From an uncultured Pseudomonadales bacterium (GTDB lineage Bacteria; Patescibacteriota; Microgenomatia; UBA1400; UBA1396): a stretch of DNA of 62,751 bases. The DNA lies in the NCBI GenBank assembly GCA_964447905.1, contig CAYUUK010000008.1, positions 1-62,751 of the forward strand, read 5' to 3'. The notes beneath the pieces were generated by a model. It ran no database searches, was not told where the DNA came from, and saw nothing but the letters and a program-made list of their open reading frames with translations. Both the position numbers and the translations under genes were made by a program. Below are positions 1-11,882 of this stretch, piece after piece (position 1 is the first letter of the stretch; the number at the start of each line of letters is the position of its first letter).

Positions 1-1353
1 ACTTTTCTGGGATTCATTACTAGCTTGTCAGTGATAATTATTTCAGGAGTCAATGCTCGTTCAGTGTATTGGGCACAAAGTTGGCAGGCTTTACAAGCAG
101 CTCCCGTATTCGGTTTTGGAGCCGGTGTGTATGGTGAAGTTATTCAAAGATTTGCTCAGACGCCATACTCAGTTTCTTTGTTTGCACACAATCTGTTTTT
201 AGAAATGGCTATTGAGAGTGGGTGGATTGCTAACTTTTTGTGGGGAGTTATCTGTGTCGTTGCTGTATTGCAAAGTTGGTGGCAGAAAAAAGAGTGGGGA
301 ATTGCTCTTACATTCTCTTTTCTTCTCATTTTTACCAAAATGTGGTTTGACTATGATTTTTCTTTATTACCAAATGCTCTCGTGGTGGCGAGTTTGTTGG
401 CCATTCTTTTTCCTGTAAAAAAGCAGAGTAGTCGGCTTGTTGATGTTTTTTTCCGCCTCTGGATTATATTTTTAGGCTTTTGTGGAGTGATCTATGCTAT
501 TTTGTGGATTACAACATCACTACTTCTGTCAAAAGGTTTTGTTCGGCAATCTTTCTCTTTGTTCCCTTATTATTTAGATCATATGAGTATATACGTTACT
601 CAAAAAGACTCGCTTACTGAGAATCAGCGGGGGAATTTAGATGAACTTTATTGGAGTTCTCCGACCTATCTCCGCCGGCATATGAGCGACTCTGTGCAAA
701 TAGCATCCTGGCGAAGAATTGATTATTACCAGAGGCTTGTGCAGATTGATCGTTGGGACAGGTTATTTTTTATTGTGAGTTCAGAGTATGTTCACGAAGG
801 CATGATGGAAGAAGCTGAGTATGAGTTAATTGAAACAGTTCATGTTTTACAGGATATGCGGCAACAAGGGTTTGAACCAGAATATTCAGATGTTCAGAAG
901 ATTGCCTGGCACATGGAAGAACTTTCCTTTGCTTTTTTACAGCAGGGGCAAGTTGATAGAGCAGTGCTTTGGTTAGAACAACGAAATGGAGTTTTTTTTG
1001 ATCCAATGACATACGAATTTTCGCTTTCTCAGTCAAAAATAAGTAGTTCTACTAAATATGCTTTTTTAGCACAGTTGGGTTTCCCGAAGCCAGAAATTTT
1101 CGGTGAAAATGTGTGGGAGTTTGGGGTGACGTATGCTGAGTGGTTGGCCAGTGATATTCGATCAAGTCAAAATTTGGCACAGATTTCCTTTGATCAGAGA
1201 GTCGAGTATCTCGCGCTTTTTCCTGATTGGATGCAACAAGAATCATATTGGATACTTGAATCTGCTTTGGAAGATCGAGCGAGCAATGGTGATGCAGCTG
1301 AGATAGTACTTATTGATAACAATAGATCATTTTTACAGGTGTTGAATAAGTAA
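1..1353 (+). CDS. O-antigen ligase-like (Wzy_C family) polytopic membrane protein, probably 5'-truncated by the window edge
   Basis: Frame 1 is open from nt 1, with no stop before the TTG at 25, so the gene likely starts upstream. The translation carries the Wzy_C-type signature PVFGFGAGVYGE...FAHNLFLEMAIESGW. More TM helices and a ~250-aa soluble tail follow. Confidence 0.7.
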   Translation, partial: TFLGFITSLSVIIISGVNARSVYWAQSWQALQAAPVFGFGAGVYGEVIQRFAQTPYSVSLFAHNLFLEMAIESGWIANFLWGVICVVAVLQSWWQKKEWGIALTFSFLLIFTKMWFDYDFSLLPNALVVASLLAILFPVKKQSSRLVDVFFRLWIIFLGFCGVIYAILWITTSLLLSKGFVRQSFSLFPYYLDHMSIYVTQKDSLTENQRGNLDELYWSSPTYLRRHMSDSVQIASWRRIDYYQRLVQIDRWDRLFFIVSSEYVHEGMMEEAEYELIETVHVLQDMRQQGFEPEYSDVQKIAWHMEELSFAFLQQGQVDRAVLWLEQRNGVFFDPMTYEFSLSQSKISSSTKYAFLAQLGFPKPEIFGENVWEFGVTYAEWLASDIRSSQNLAQISFDQRVEYLALFPDWMQQESYWILESALEDRASNGDAAEIVLIDNNRSFLQVLNK

Positions 1354-1357
1354 TCTT

Positions 1358-2032
1358 TTAGCGTAATGACGCTAACAATTTTGCAATAATATGGCGAGTT
1401 AAATTTACAAAATATCTACTGGTAAGTTTAAGATCATAGAGAATCCCTCCATTTTGCAAGGTTTTTTTCTCAAGATTTTGCCAGTGAGACTGTGAAGCGT
1501 GTTTCTGTGGGGAAAGAGCCCATTCTGAAAAAATTCCAGGAAGTACTTCAAATCTATACTGCCAGCTTGAATCTAGCCGGTGAGATTCTTCAATGGGGAG
1601 CGGTCGGGGACCAACAAAGCTCATTTCACCACGAATAATGTTTATGAGCTGTGGTATTTCGTCAAGACCAGTAAGCGAGAGTATTTTCCCAAATGCCGTG
1701 AATCGCGGATCATGATGCATCTTAAACATAGGAGGAACTGACTCATTCCATTTTTGCAGAAAAGGTTTCCATTGTTCAGCAAGCGGAATCATTGTTCGAA
1801 ATTTATATACCTGGAACGGTTTACCTTTTTTCCCAGTTCTTTTTTGTAAGAACAAAACGGGAGCACCATTTTCAATAAGTATTCCCAAGGAAATAACTAT
1901 AAATAGTGGAGAGAGAAGAATGAGAAGTGTACTAGCAAGAACTCGGTCAAATAGTTTTTTCTTCCAAGAAGTGTAATACGGATGAATTTGAAAAGTCATG
2001 TCAGTAATCTGAAGTTCATTTCTCTGTACCAA
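1358..2032 (-). CDS. Polyprenyl-phosphate sugar-phosphate transferase (bacterial sugar transferase family, WbaP/EpsL-like small form)
   Basis: N-terminal TM helix (LLILLSPLFIVISLGILI), then KRTGKKGKPFQVYKFRTM and DPRFTAFGKILSLTGLDEIPQLINIIRGEMSFVGPRPLP. These are hallmark motifs of the Bac_transf family. Confidence 0.85.
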   Translation of the reverse strand: MVQRNELQITDMTFQIHPYYTSWKKKLFDRVLASTLLILLSPLFIVISLGILIENGAPVLFLQKRTGKKGKPFQVYKFRTMIPLAEQWKPFLQKWNESVPPMFKMHHDPRFTAFGKILSLTGLDEIPQLINIIRGEMSFVGPRPLPIEESHRLDSSWQYRFEVLPGIFSEWALSPQKHASQSHWQNLEKKTLQNGGILYDLKLTSRYFVNLTRHIIAKLLASLR

Positions 2033-2063
2033 GACTATAGCAGTTTCCTAGTGTAAATCCATA

Positions 2064-3689
2064 TTGGGGTTTCGTATACTGAAACACATGTTGAGAGCAG
2101 ATCCAGCAAAGGTTCTTTTTTGGAAGCCCTCTTGGTACGCTGCTATAAAGCAGTACTTTCAACAGGAAAAAAAATACTGGATGGGTGTTTTTTTTATTTT
2201 TTTATTTATCAGCATTGTTTTGACTAGAGGTTTTCAAAATGTGGAACGGATGCAGTGGTTTGATGATGTGGCTCGTGATACCACAATAGCTCGATTAGTA
2301 GCTCAGACGCCAGAATATGATCAAATTCGTCCGCGTTCAGCTGGCTTAGAGAGTTTGCAAAACACCACTCTTTATTTTAATTTTCTTGGATCACTGTACT
2401 CGTTTGCTGGTTCAGATCAAGTATTTTGGTTTCAGTATGGAATTCTCAATGGTGTAATAACGGTGTTTTCTTTATTTGGTATTGGGTACGTTTTATATGG
2501 TTGGAAGGGTGGAGTAGCGCTTTCTTTGCTAGGAGTTATTCATTTCCGTATAAATTTCATGAATATTTCTGTATACCAACGGTACTTGTCGGCAGCGTTG
2601 ACTCCTTTATTTATATGGAGCGTTTTGGTTGCGGTGAAAAAACGTTCTTCTCTATGGTTAACTCTCAGTGCTGTTTTTTACTCAATCTATGTCTATATGC
2701 ATAACTCAGCGTTTACAGTATTAATTCCCTATCTTTTTGCTATTGTCTTTGTGTTTTGGAAAGATAAAAGCATTCAGAAAAAGTTGTTTTTTGCAGTTGT
2801 CGTACTGATTTGTTTAGGAGTGTATTTTCTAACAAGCAACGTGAATCCACTACAAGTATTGAGAGAGTTGCGGCAACCGAGTCAGGCATACTGTGAGTTT
2901 TGTGACCCAATCCATGTAAATATTGATAAATTTTTTAGCTATACCCTACTCGGTGATAGCACACGGTATGGTTTTTTCTTTTTCTTGCCTTTCTTGATCC
3001 TTGAAATTATTAAGAAAAAAAGAATAGAAGAATGGTTCTTTGTTGCTTTTTTATTGAGTTATTTCTTGTTTCAGATAATTACTGTGCTTTTGAACTCTGT
3101 TTATTTGCAAGGTTGGCCGTACTATGTGCATTACACACCACTTTTTATAGGAGTCCCTGTCTTGGCTACATTTGTGCGTTCTCAACAGCATGAGCATCTA
3201 TGGAAGTATATTCAAGTTATTATTTTTTCTTGTATTGGTGTTGTGTATAGTTATTTCTTTCTTCAAATTCTTGTAGCTAATAAGGAGTGGTTTGATTTCA
3301 ATGAAGTAAAAAATATCGTACAAATTATTTCGGTCGATATTCAGAGAAGAGGAGTTTCTCAATATGCATTGGTTGATTACACGCCTATATATTCAACTCC
3401 AGACTGGTTTTCACCCGCATATAATTATTTCCTTTTTGAGCCTGAAGAAATTTATGGTTTGTCAGAATATGACAATAATCTCTGGCGCTCTCATTCAAAA
3501 GTAGATACGGTCTACTTAATTTGCAGAGACTGGGCAATAGATGAAAATAGTACTCTTTATAACAAATGTGTGGTTCCATTTATGGAAAAATATAGTGATT
3601 ACTATCTTATTCAAGATGCAAGTAAGTATGAACTAGTAGAGTATCTCCGAGGGGAACCCTGGGTTACTGAAATATATATAATTGAGTAA
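2064..3689 (+). CDS. Large polytopic membrane protein, possibly a GT-C-type (ArnT/PMT-like) glycosyltransferase
   Basis: 541-aa ORF with more than 10 hydrophobic segments and a ~150-aa soluble C-terminal region. It sits beside a sugar transferase and a Wzy_C gene. The function is inferred from topology and context only. Confidence 0.5.
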   Translation: MGFRILKHMLRADPAKVLFWKPSWYAAIKQYFQQEKKYWMGVFFIFLFISIVLTRGFQNVERMQWFDDVARDTTIARLVAQTPEYDQIRPRSAGLESLQNTTLYFNFLGSLYSFAGSDQVFWFQYGILNGVITVFSLFGIGYVLYGWKGGVALSLLGVIHFRINFMNISVYQRYLSAALTPLFIWSVLVAVKKRSSLWLTLSAVFYSIYVYMHNSAFTVLIPYLFAIVFVFWKDKSIQKKLFFAVVVLICLGVYFLTSNVNPLQVLRELRQPSQAYCEFCDPIHVNIDKFFSYTLLGDSTRYGFFFFLPFLILEIIKKKRIEEWFFVAFLLSYFLFQIITVLLNSVYLQGWPYYVHYTPLFIGVPVLATFVRSQQHEHLWKYIQVIIFSCIGVVYSYFFLQILVANKEWFDFNEVKNIVQIISVDIQRRGVSQYALVDYTPIYSTPDWFSPAYNYFLFEPEEIYGLSEYDNNLWRSHSKVDTVYLICRDWAIDENSTLYNKCVVPFMEKYSDYYLIQDASKYELVEYLRGEPWVTEIYIIE

Positions 3690-3755
3690 TCTGCTATTAC
3701 ATGAATCCTTTTTTTATAAATTTATACGAAATACCTGTCTTCCCAAAACTCATAC

Positions 3756-3783
3756 TTGCACCCGTCCGCATGGATGGTATACT
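3756..3783 (+). promoter_or_regulatory. Candidate sigma70-type promoter upstream of the 23S rRNA
   Basis: TTGCAC (3756-3761), a 16-nt spacer, then TATACT (3778-3783). It lies ~350 nt upstream of the 23S 5' end, so the long leader makes this tentative. Confidence 0.3.
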
Positions 3784-4135
3784 ACAAATCCTCTGCACAT
3801 GACACTGTTTCGGTCAGGCAGATGAGAGACGAACCTTCACCGGTCTCTATCTCATTTACCACAGAAACAAATTTACTTGATACATGCTCAAGTTCATACG
3901 TGAACGAGCCCCTGTACACGTCATACAGCATTATGCCTATGGCGAGTATGTGTATTGTGCGGGGAGCAAAGTGGTGACACTTTGTCGCTCGTGAACAAGT
4001 AGAGATTCAACAAGAATTAATATTAAACATAAGTAAAGTTTTCAAAAACGGTCGCTGCGATTGTTTTTTGCGTTTGCAAGAAACAATCAATATATATCAG
4101 CAGTAGTTTCATGAGAATTGATCAAATATATCGCA

Positions 4136-7031
<2,896 letters not shown>

Positions 7032-7268
7032 TATGTTGATCAGTCCGTGTGAAACGGACGTCACAAGATCTTCGGTTTTTACTGAAGACCTAAAATACGC
7101 AATTGCTGATATTCAGATGATCGTAGCTGAGAAGAGCACTTACGGATTCTATTGATATCTCTACTTGTTCAGGGGTGATGATTCTGTCATCCTGATCATG
7201 TACATAAGAAAAGTTTCTTGTCCAGTCACCTGACTGGCCAACATACTTTTCACAGCGAAGACGCTTTT

Positions 7269-7388
7269 ATTCCGGTCTCTGGAGCGCAGTGGAACCAACT
7301 CTTTCCATTCCGAACAGAGTCTTGAAACGCTGCAGCGGTGAAGGTACTGCACGGGCAACTGTGTGGTAGAATAGCTCGAGGCCGGAAT
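7269..7388 (+). rRNA. rrf: 5S ribosomal RNA
   Basis: ~120 nt containing CCATTCCGAACAGAG...GAAACGC...GGTACTG. The terminal helix pairs ATTCCGG with CCGGAAT. It lies ~240 nt after the 23S end and is followed by a T-run. Confidence 0.85.
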
Positions 7389-7454
7389 AAAGGCGTTTTT
7401 TTGTGCCAAAAAAATTATTTGTATTTACAAATGAGTGCTTTTTTATAGTAACTT

Positions 7455-8696
7455 TTAGTCCCAGAGTTGGTTGAGTAATGCAGCAGCTTCACTTGCCTCA
7501 TTGCGCCCAGGTTGATTTCCCGCACCAAGCCACTGAATAGGTTGGTAAAGATCTTCTGACTCTTCCCAGTTGCCTTCTCCAGCTTCAAGAATAAAGAGAA
7601 TGTCTTGATTCATTTCTTGTGCCGAATTGTATTCTCTTTGTTCAGCAATATCCGAGATAATTTCTAAAATATCAGTGAAATCGTAGGAAACTTCTCCTCG
7701 AATACTGGAAAGCCGAGCGCGAAGGCTTTCACTCATTTGTGCCTCAGCAATCGTTGCCGCATTCAGAACAATAGACAAGTTTTCTGCTTGCGGCACATTG
7801 TACCGCGGTGCTTCACGTCCTGGAGGCCAGTTTTGCATGCCATTCCAGCCAGCTTCCCAGCCTTTAACAGCAGTTGTTGCTGCTCCTTGAGCCAAGCCAC
7901 CGACAGCGCCTCGAAGCAGTCCTCCGGTGGCAAACCAAACAGCGCGACGGCTTTTATTGAGAATGGAGCCAGTAGTTGAAAGGGTGTCCCAAATTTTATT
8001 TCTCAAGAAATAGAAAGCAGTTCCAGTTCCAATCGCTGCTCCGAGCATGACCGATATTGTAGAAATAAGTACCCATGGAGTTTCGGTGAATTTCTCTTCG
8101 GGTCGAGACATTTCTTCTAAATTTTGGGCAGTTTGTACAAGGTAAGTTCGCATTTCTTGAATAAATTGATTCAGTTGTTCCGTACTTTGTCGAAGAGCTT
8201 CTTGTTGTTCTGGGGTAATGCCATCCACTTGAGGAAGTGATCCAGCTGAGTGGAACATACTGCCATCGAGAATACTTTGGAGAAGAGGAACTTCGGCCAT
8301 GCTTCCAGAAGCTGCCATGGCAGAGAGTACGCCAGCTGCAGAGGAGGAGAGGAAAACGCCCCATTCTACTTTATCGGCTTCAACAGACCTACCGTGCATT
8401 TTGTCGTATGCATTCTTGGCAAGTTCACCACCCAGAGCCATCAAAGAAGAAAGCACAGTGCTCGATAGAAAGATAATATTGGGATCTGGATTTTCTTTGT
8501 TTGCTAATCCAAAAATAATACCAAAGGCCAAGGTAGAGGCAAATTCCATCACGTCGCCGCGGCGAACACCGAATCGTTTCTCAGTATTTCTGGTGGTTTC
8601 TGTACTGCGGTGAGAGGCCTCAGGAGCCGTGCGTTCACTTTGTGAAACGAGTGCTGGTTGGCCAGCTTCTGTAAAGGGTGTAATTCTTCTAGCCAT
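7455..8696 (-). CDS. Hypothetical membrane-associated protein (413 aa)
   Basis: Long ORF with hydrophobic segments (FASTLAFGIIFGLA, WVLISTISVMLGAAIGTGTAFYF) and a central coiled-coil-like stretch. It starts 3 nt after the stop of the upstream gene on the same strand. I recognised no family. Confidence 0.6.
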   Translation of the reverse strand: MARRITPFTEAGQPALVSQSERTAPEASHRSTETTRNTEKRFGVRRGDVMEFASTLAFGIIFGLANKENPDPNIIFLSSTVLSSLMALGGELAKNAYDKMHGRSVEADKVEWGVFLSSSAAGVLSAMAASGSMAEVPLLQSILDGSMFHSAGSLPQVDGITPEQQEALRQSTEQLNQFIQEMRTYLVQTAQNLEEMSRPEEKFTETPWVLISTISVMLGAAIGTGTAFYFLRNKIWDTLSTTGSILNKSRRAVWFATGGLLRGAVGGLAQGAATTAVKGWEAGWNGMQNWPPGREAPRYNVPQAENLSIVLNAATIAEAQMSESLRARLSSIRGEVSYDFTDILEIISDIAEQREYNSAQEMNQDILFILEAGEGNWEESEDLYQPIQWLGAGNQPGRNEASEAAALLNQLWD

Positions 8697-8698
8697 AC

Positions 8699-9079
8699 TT
8701 ATCCTTTCAAAGTGGCCTGTTGAGCCAGGCGAGCAATGGATTGCTTTTGTTCATCACTGAGATCATTGTGAAGTGTAGAGAAGTAGTATTGCATAACGTC
8801 ATGCGTTGCTTGTTGTACTTTTGACTGAATAGCCTCTAGGCTAGCAGTGTCTGTTTCGGAAAGAGTATCAAGAGAAGATCCCTCAGCTAGAGCCGTGAGC
8901 ACTCGAGTAACATCGATGGTTTTCACCTCTTGTGAAAGTGCAATATCGGCGGTCGTAATGAGAGAAACCTGCTGCCAAAATGCTTGGGCTATTGTTTCTG
9001 CTTCTTCATCATTATGCCCAACCACCCGCAAAATAGCGCGGAATAAGTCGAGTGGTGTGCTGATTTCTTGAGTATCCAT
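8699..9079 (-). CDS. Hypothetical small acidic protein (126 aa)
   Basis: The tracked ORF runs to 9148, but its first 23 codons overlap the intergenic palindromic repeat. I placed the start at the ATG at 9077-9079 (MDTQEIS...). It is tightly coupled to the downstream 413-aa gene. Confidence 0.5.
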   Translation of the reverse strand: MDTQEISTPLDLFRAILRVVGHNDEEAETIAQAFWQQVSLITTADIALSQEVKTIDVTRVLTALAEGSSLDTLSETDTASLEAIQSKVQQATHDVMQYYFSTLHNDLSDEQKQSIARLAQQATLKG

Positions 9080-9128
9080 GGATTTATTGTACCATATTTT
9101 TAGTCGGGAGGTGGGGAGGAGCTCTTCT

Positions 9129-9212
9129 AGGGGAACCCTCTCTAACAACTACGCCTGGAAGGGGAATCCTAGGATTCCCCTTCCAGAGTTAGTTCAACAG
9201 TAGGGTAAACCT
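9129..9212. repeat. Intergenic palindromic repeat, copy A (full)
   Basis: Left flank AGGGGAACCCTCTCTAACAACTAC. Perfect 32-nt palindrome at 9155-9186 (CTGGAAGGGGAATCCTAGGATTCCCCTTCCAG). Partially complementary right flank ending in TAGGGTAAACC. Related copies are at 15518, 18122 and 24836. Confidence 0.85.
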
Positions 9213-9239
9213 ATAGGGCGGTTTTCTCCCCACCAGATA

Positions 9240-9248
9240 TGATATAAT
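9240..9248 (+). promoter_or_regulatory. Extended -10 promoter element (TGATATAAT) for rpsA
   Basis: TGnTATAAT at 9240-9248. It lies 31 nt upstream of the rpsA ATG, which is preceded by the AAAGGAG ribosome-binding site. Confidence 0.45.
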
Positions 9249-9279
9249 GCAACTTCTCGAGAAAGGAGAACCCCACTAC

Positions 9280-10488
9280 ATGGCAGAAACCAAATCTACC
9301 AAAAACACACAACAAACCGCTTCCGATCAGGCGCAAGACGCTCCTGCAGAAGCAAAAAAGACTGAATCTCAAGCAGTCAAAGAAACAAAAAAATCTTCCG
9401 AGCAGCCCATCACGATGGAACAATTGCTCGCACAATCTGATTACAATCTCCACATTCCAGAAGAAGGTGACATCATCACCGGTACTATTATTGAGATCAC
9501 CAAGAAAATGGTGCTCGTTGATATTGGTGCAAAAACCGAAGGTCTCGTTTTAGACCGTGAATTTCAAGCTGCTAGCGACATGATCTCCAGTCTCAAGGCT
9601 GGTGATAAAGTCGATGCTTTTGTTCTCGACGGTGACAACGCCCACGGACAAATTCTTTTGTCCCTGAAGCGCGCCGCTCTCGACAAGAAGTGGGATGAAC
9701 TCGTGAAGGCCCAAGAAGCCGAAGAAACCGTTACCGTAGAAGGCCTCGATGTGAACCGAGGTGGTATGGTGGTCTCTATTGAAGGCTTGCGTGGATTTAT
9801 TCCCACCAGCCAATTTGGTCGCCAAGTAACCGGAAAACTCAATGCCCTCGTTGGCAAAACCCTCGACGTTAAAGTCTTGGAAGCCGACAAAGACAAAAAC
9901 CGCCTCATTTTCTCTGAACGCCTCGTTTCCGAAGCCGATGAGATTGCCAACAGTGATGCCGCTCTGAGCAACGTCAGTGTGAACGACGTCGTTAAGGGAA
10001 CCGTCACCGGCGTGAAGCCATTTGGTGTCTTTGTAGCTGTAGAAGTTCCGCTCGACGAGTCTGGTGAAAACCTCGGTGTGCTCGAAGGCATGGTCCACAT
10101 TTCTGAAGTGTCCTGGGACAAGGTCGATGACCTGACCGCGCTCTTCGAAAAAGGCCAAGAGATCGAGACCAAAGTGGTTTCTGTCGACAAAGACCAAAAG
10201 AAACTCACTCTCTCTACCAAGCGTTTGCAAGATGATCCATGGGAGCAGCTCTCGGAAGAGTGTCCTCCTGGAACCACCATTTCTGGTACGGTCACTCGTA
10301 TTGTGCCATTTGGTGTGTTTGTATCGATTGCCGATGGTGTCGATGGCTTGATTCACGAAAGCAAACTCAGTGGTCAAAATTACTCGGAAGGTGACTCCAT
10401 CTCAGTAGTAGTCGACTCGATTGACACGGATCAACGCCGCGTCAGCTTGTCCCCAACCATTGACGAACTGCCAGTTACCTACAAATAA
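9280..10488 (+). CDS. rpsA: 30S ribosomal protein S1 (short, ~4 S1 domains)
   Basis: Repeated S1/OB motifs (GDIITGTIIEITKKMVLVDIG, GGMVVSIEGLRGFIP, VKGTVTGVKPFGVFVAV, ISGTVTRIVPFGVFVSI). The start is set at ATG 9280 behind AAAGGAG; the tracked ORF start at 9247 overlaps the -10 box. Confidence 0.9.
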   Translation: MAETKSTKNTQQTASDQAQDAPAEAKKTESQAVKETKKSSEQPITMEQLLAQSDYNLHIPEEGDIITGTIIEITKKMVLVDIGAKTEGLVLDREFQAASDMISSLKAGDKVDAFVLDGDNAHGQILLSLKRAALDKKWDELVKAQEAEETVTVEGLDVNRGGMVVSIEGLRGFIPTSQFGRQVTGKLNALVGKTLDVKVLEADKDKNRLIFSERLVSEADEIANSDAALSNVSVNDVVKGTVTGVKPFGVFVAVEVPLDESGENLGVLEGMVHISEVSWDKVDDLTALFEKGQEIETKVVSVDKDQKKLTLSTKRLQDDPWEQLSEECPPGTTISGTVTRIVPFGVFVSIADGVDGLIHESKLSGQNYSEGDSISVVVDSIDTDQRRVSLSPTIDELPVTYK

Positions 10489-10560
10489 GCGCGAAAGGAT
10501 GGGCACTGTCCCATTTTCGGGCAGCGTGTATACTCAAAGCACGCACTCAGAAAGGAATAC

Positions 10561-10764
10561 ATGGCAAAACAATACATGGTAGTCAATGACGATCAAATCT
10601 TGGTCGACATGGAACTCATTTTCTCAGCCATTCGCGATGCGGACGGCGACTGGGAACAAGTCGAACAAGACCTCTTGGACGTCATGAACACCGTTCAAGG
10701 CATGGTCGACACCTCCGATGAAGACGAAGAGTCAGATGACGAGGATACCGACGACGAAGAGTAA
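10561..10764 (+). CDS. Small, highly acidic hypothetical protein (67 aa)
   Basis: ORF with the C-terminal tail DTSDEDEESDDEDTDDEE. A hairpin plus T-run follows it. No family recognised. Confidence 0.45.
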   Translation: MAKQYMVVNDDQILVDMELIFSAIRDADGDWEQVEQDLLDVMNTVQGMVDTSDEDEESDDEDTDDEE

Positions 10765-10782
10765 ACAAACAAAAACGAAAAA

Positions 10783-10809
10783 AGGGCTGTTGCAAGACAG
10801 TCCTTTTTT
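10783..10809 (+). terminator. Rho-independent terminator candidate
   Basis: AGGGCTGT-TGCAAG-ACAGTCCT hairpin (one mismatch) followed by TTTTTT. Confidence 0.5.
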
Positions 10810-10827
10810 ATTGAAGGAAAATAACAT

Positions 10828-11712
10828 ATGCGCAGACCACCTGTAAGTGAAGTACAACAAAGAGAGAGAAAGGCTGCTATGCAGATTCAAAAAGACTTTA
10901 GTTTTTTGGCCCAAGAAGACTGGCAAGCCCACTTAGGTGAGCACTTCAATACAGAGAATGAAACATTTTTTATTGAGCAATTGGTGCCAGTAGAAGCTGA
11001 TGGAATTGGATACTGTGTTGACGAACGCCCTAAAATGAATGTCCCAGAAATGCAGGACTACAAGCGTAAAGCTGCTTTTGTCGGTGGTGCCGCTGGTTGG
11101 GTTGCCTTGTACATGGGCTTTGGGCAGTCACAAAATGAAGCTTTCGCTTCTACTCGCAAGATGTACAAATCTTTAGGGTGGGAAAACCTTGAGTTCCATA
11201 TTGATAACGAACACGGACATATTCATGACACTAAAGAGTTAGCGAATCGCAATAGTGGTTGTGGTTTCTTGGGTGTTGCTACGCAAGTATTTGCCAACAT
11301 GAAAGAACTTTTCGCAGATTCTTATGATGGTCTGCAAACGCCTGAGATAGATGGCTCAAGCGTTATCTCCACTGCTCGCAGTGCCGGTGATGTGATTGTT
11401 CCTTTAGATGGAGATCACAAAACAGCTAATTACGAAGCACGAGTAGTGGTCAACACCCATGATGGTAAGACCCTTGATCGTGATGCTCTGTATGCCGAAA
11501 CCCCTGCCTTTTTATGGGATGCCTGGGCAACGGTAAATCCAAAAGTGTTAGCAGCTTTTAACGAAATCTCTGGGGAAAGCCTTTCTCATGAAGAGTTCTA
11601 TCGTTTGCAAGTTGCGCTGCACTTGATTACGTGTGCCCGCTTAAATGCCTTGAATTTGGGAGAGAAGAGTAACAATCTGGTGCTCTTATCTGCTGGAGTT
11701 TCGGTTCGTTAA
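10828..11712 (+). CDS. Hypothetical soluble protein with conserved Cys/His clusters (294 aa)
   Basis: Long ORF. Possible metal or active-site motifs are YCVDERP, HIDNEHGHIHD and NSGCGFLG. An alternative start is at ATG 10879. No confident family assignment. Confidence 0.55.
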   Translation: MRRPPVSEVQQRERKAAMQIQKDFSFLAQEDWQAHLGEHFNTENETFFIEQLVPVEADGIGYCVDERPKMNVPEMQDYKRKAAFVGGAAGWVALYMGFGQSQNEAFASTRKMYKSLGWENLEFHIDNEHGHIHDTKELANRNSGCGFLGVATQVFANMKELFADSYDGLQTPEIDGSSVISTARSAGDVIVPLDGDHKTANYEARVVVNTHDGKTLDRDALYAETPAFLWDAWATVNPKVLAAFNEISGESLSHEEFYRLQVALHLITCARLNALNLGEKSNNLVLLSAGVSVR

Positions 11713-11730
11713 TTCTATTTGAAAAGAAGA

Positions 11731-11763
11731 AAAACAGCTCGGAGTAATCCGGGCTGTTTTTTT
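11731..11763 (+). terminator. Rho-independent terminator candidate
   Basis: CAGCTCGG-AGTAAT-CCGGGCTG hairpin (one G-U pair) followed by TTTTTTT, directly after the stop at 11712. Confidence 0.55.
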
Positions 11764-11882
11764 ATCGATTGTCAGGAAGTATGCCACCTTTTTTATGACA
11801 ATGGGCATACTGGAGTATTCTTTTTTACTAGTGTAGCACTTGTTTCATTTCCGTTAGTCTTCTGTGCTACACTCCTCACACG

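Noticed and set aside
3690-4135. A 16S rRNA gene or spacer tRNAs upstream of the 23S gene.
   Set aside because: I looked for conserved 16S 3'-end blocks and for cloverleaf-capable sequence. None is present in the 450-nt spacer or anywhere else in the window.
9550-10377. Long antisense ORFs (275 and 243 aa) opposite rpsA. Similar antisense ORFs lie opposite rho (14450..15222), obg (17121..18074) and the M23 peptidase (16123..16821).
   Set aside because: They sit opposite strongly supported housekeeping genes, and their translations are low complexity with no motifs.
10828-11712. A beta-carbonic-anhydrase call, based on the C-x-D-x-R motif (YCVDERP) and a downstream CG motif (NSGCGF).
   Set aside because: The second beta-CA motif requires H-x-x-C-G, and the histidine is missing. 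The overall length and spacing do not obviously fit. I left it as hypothetical.
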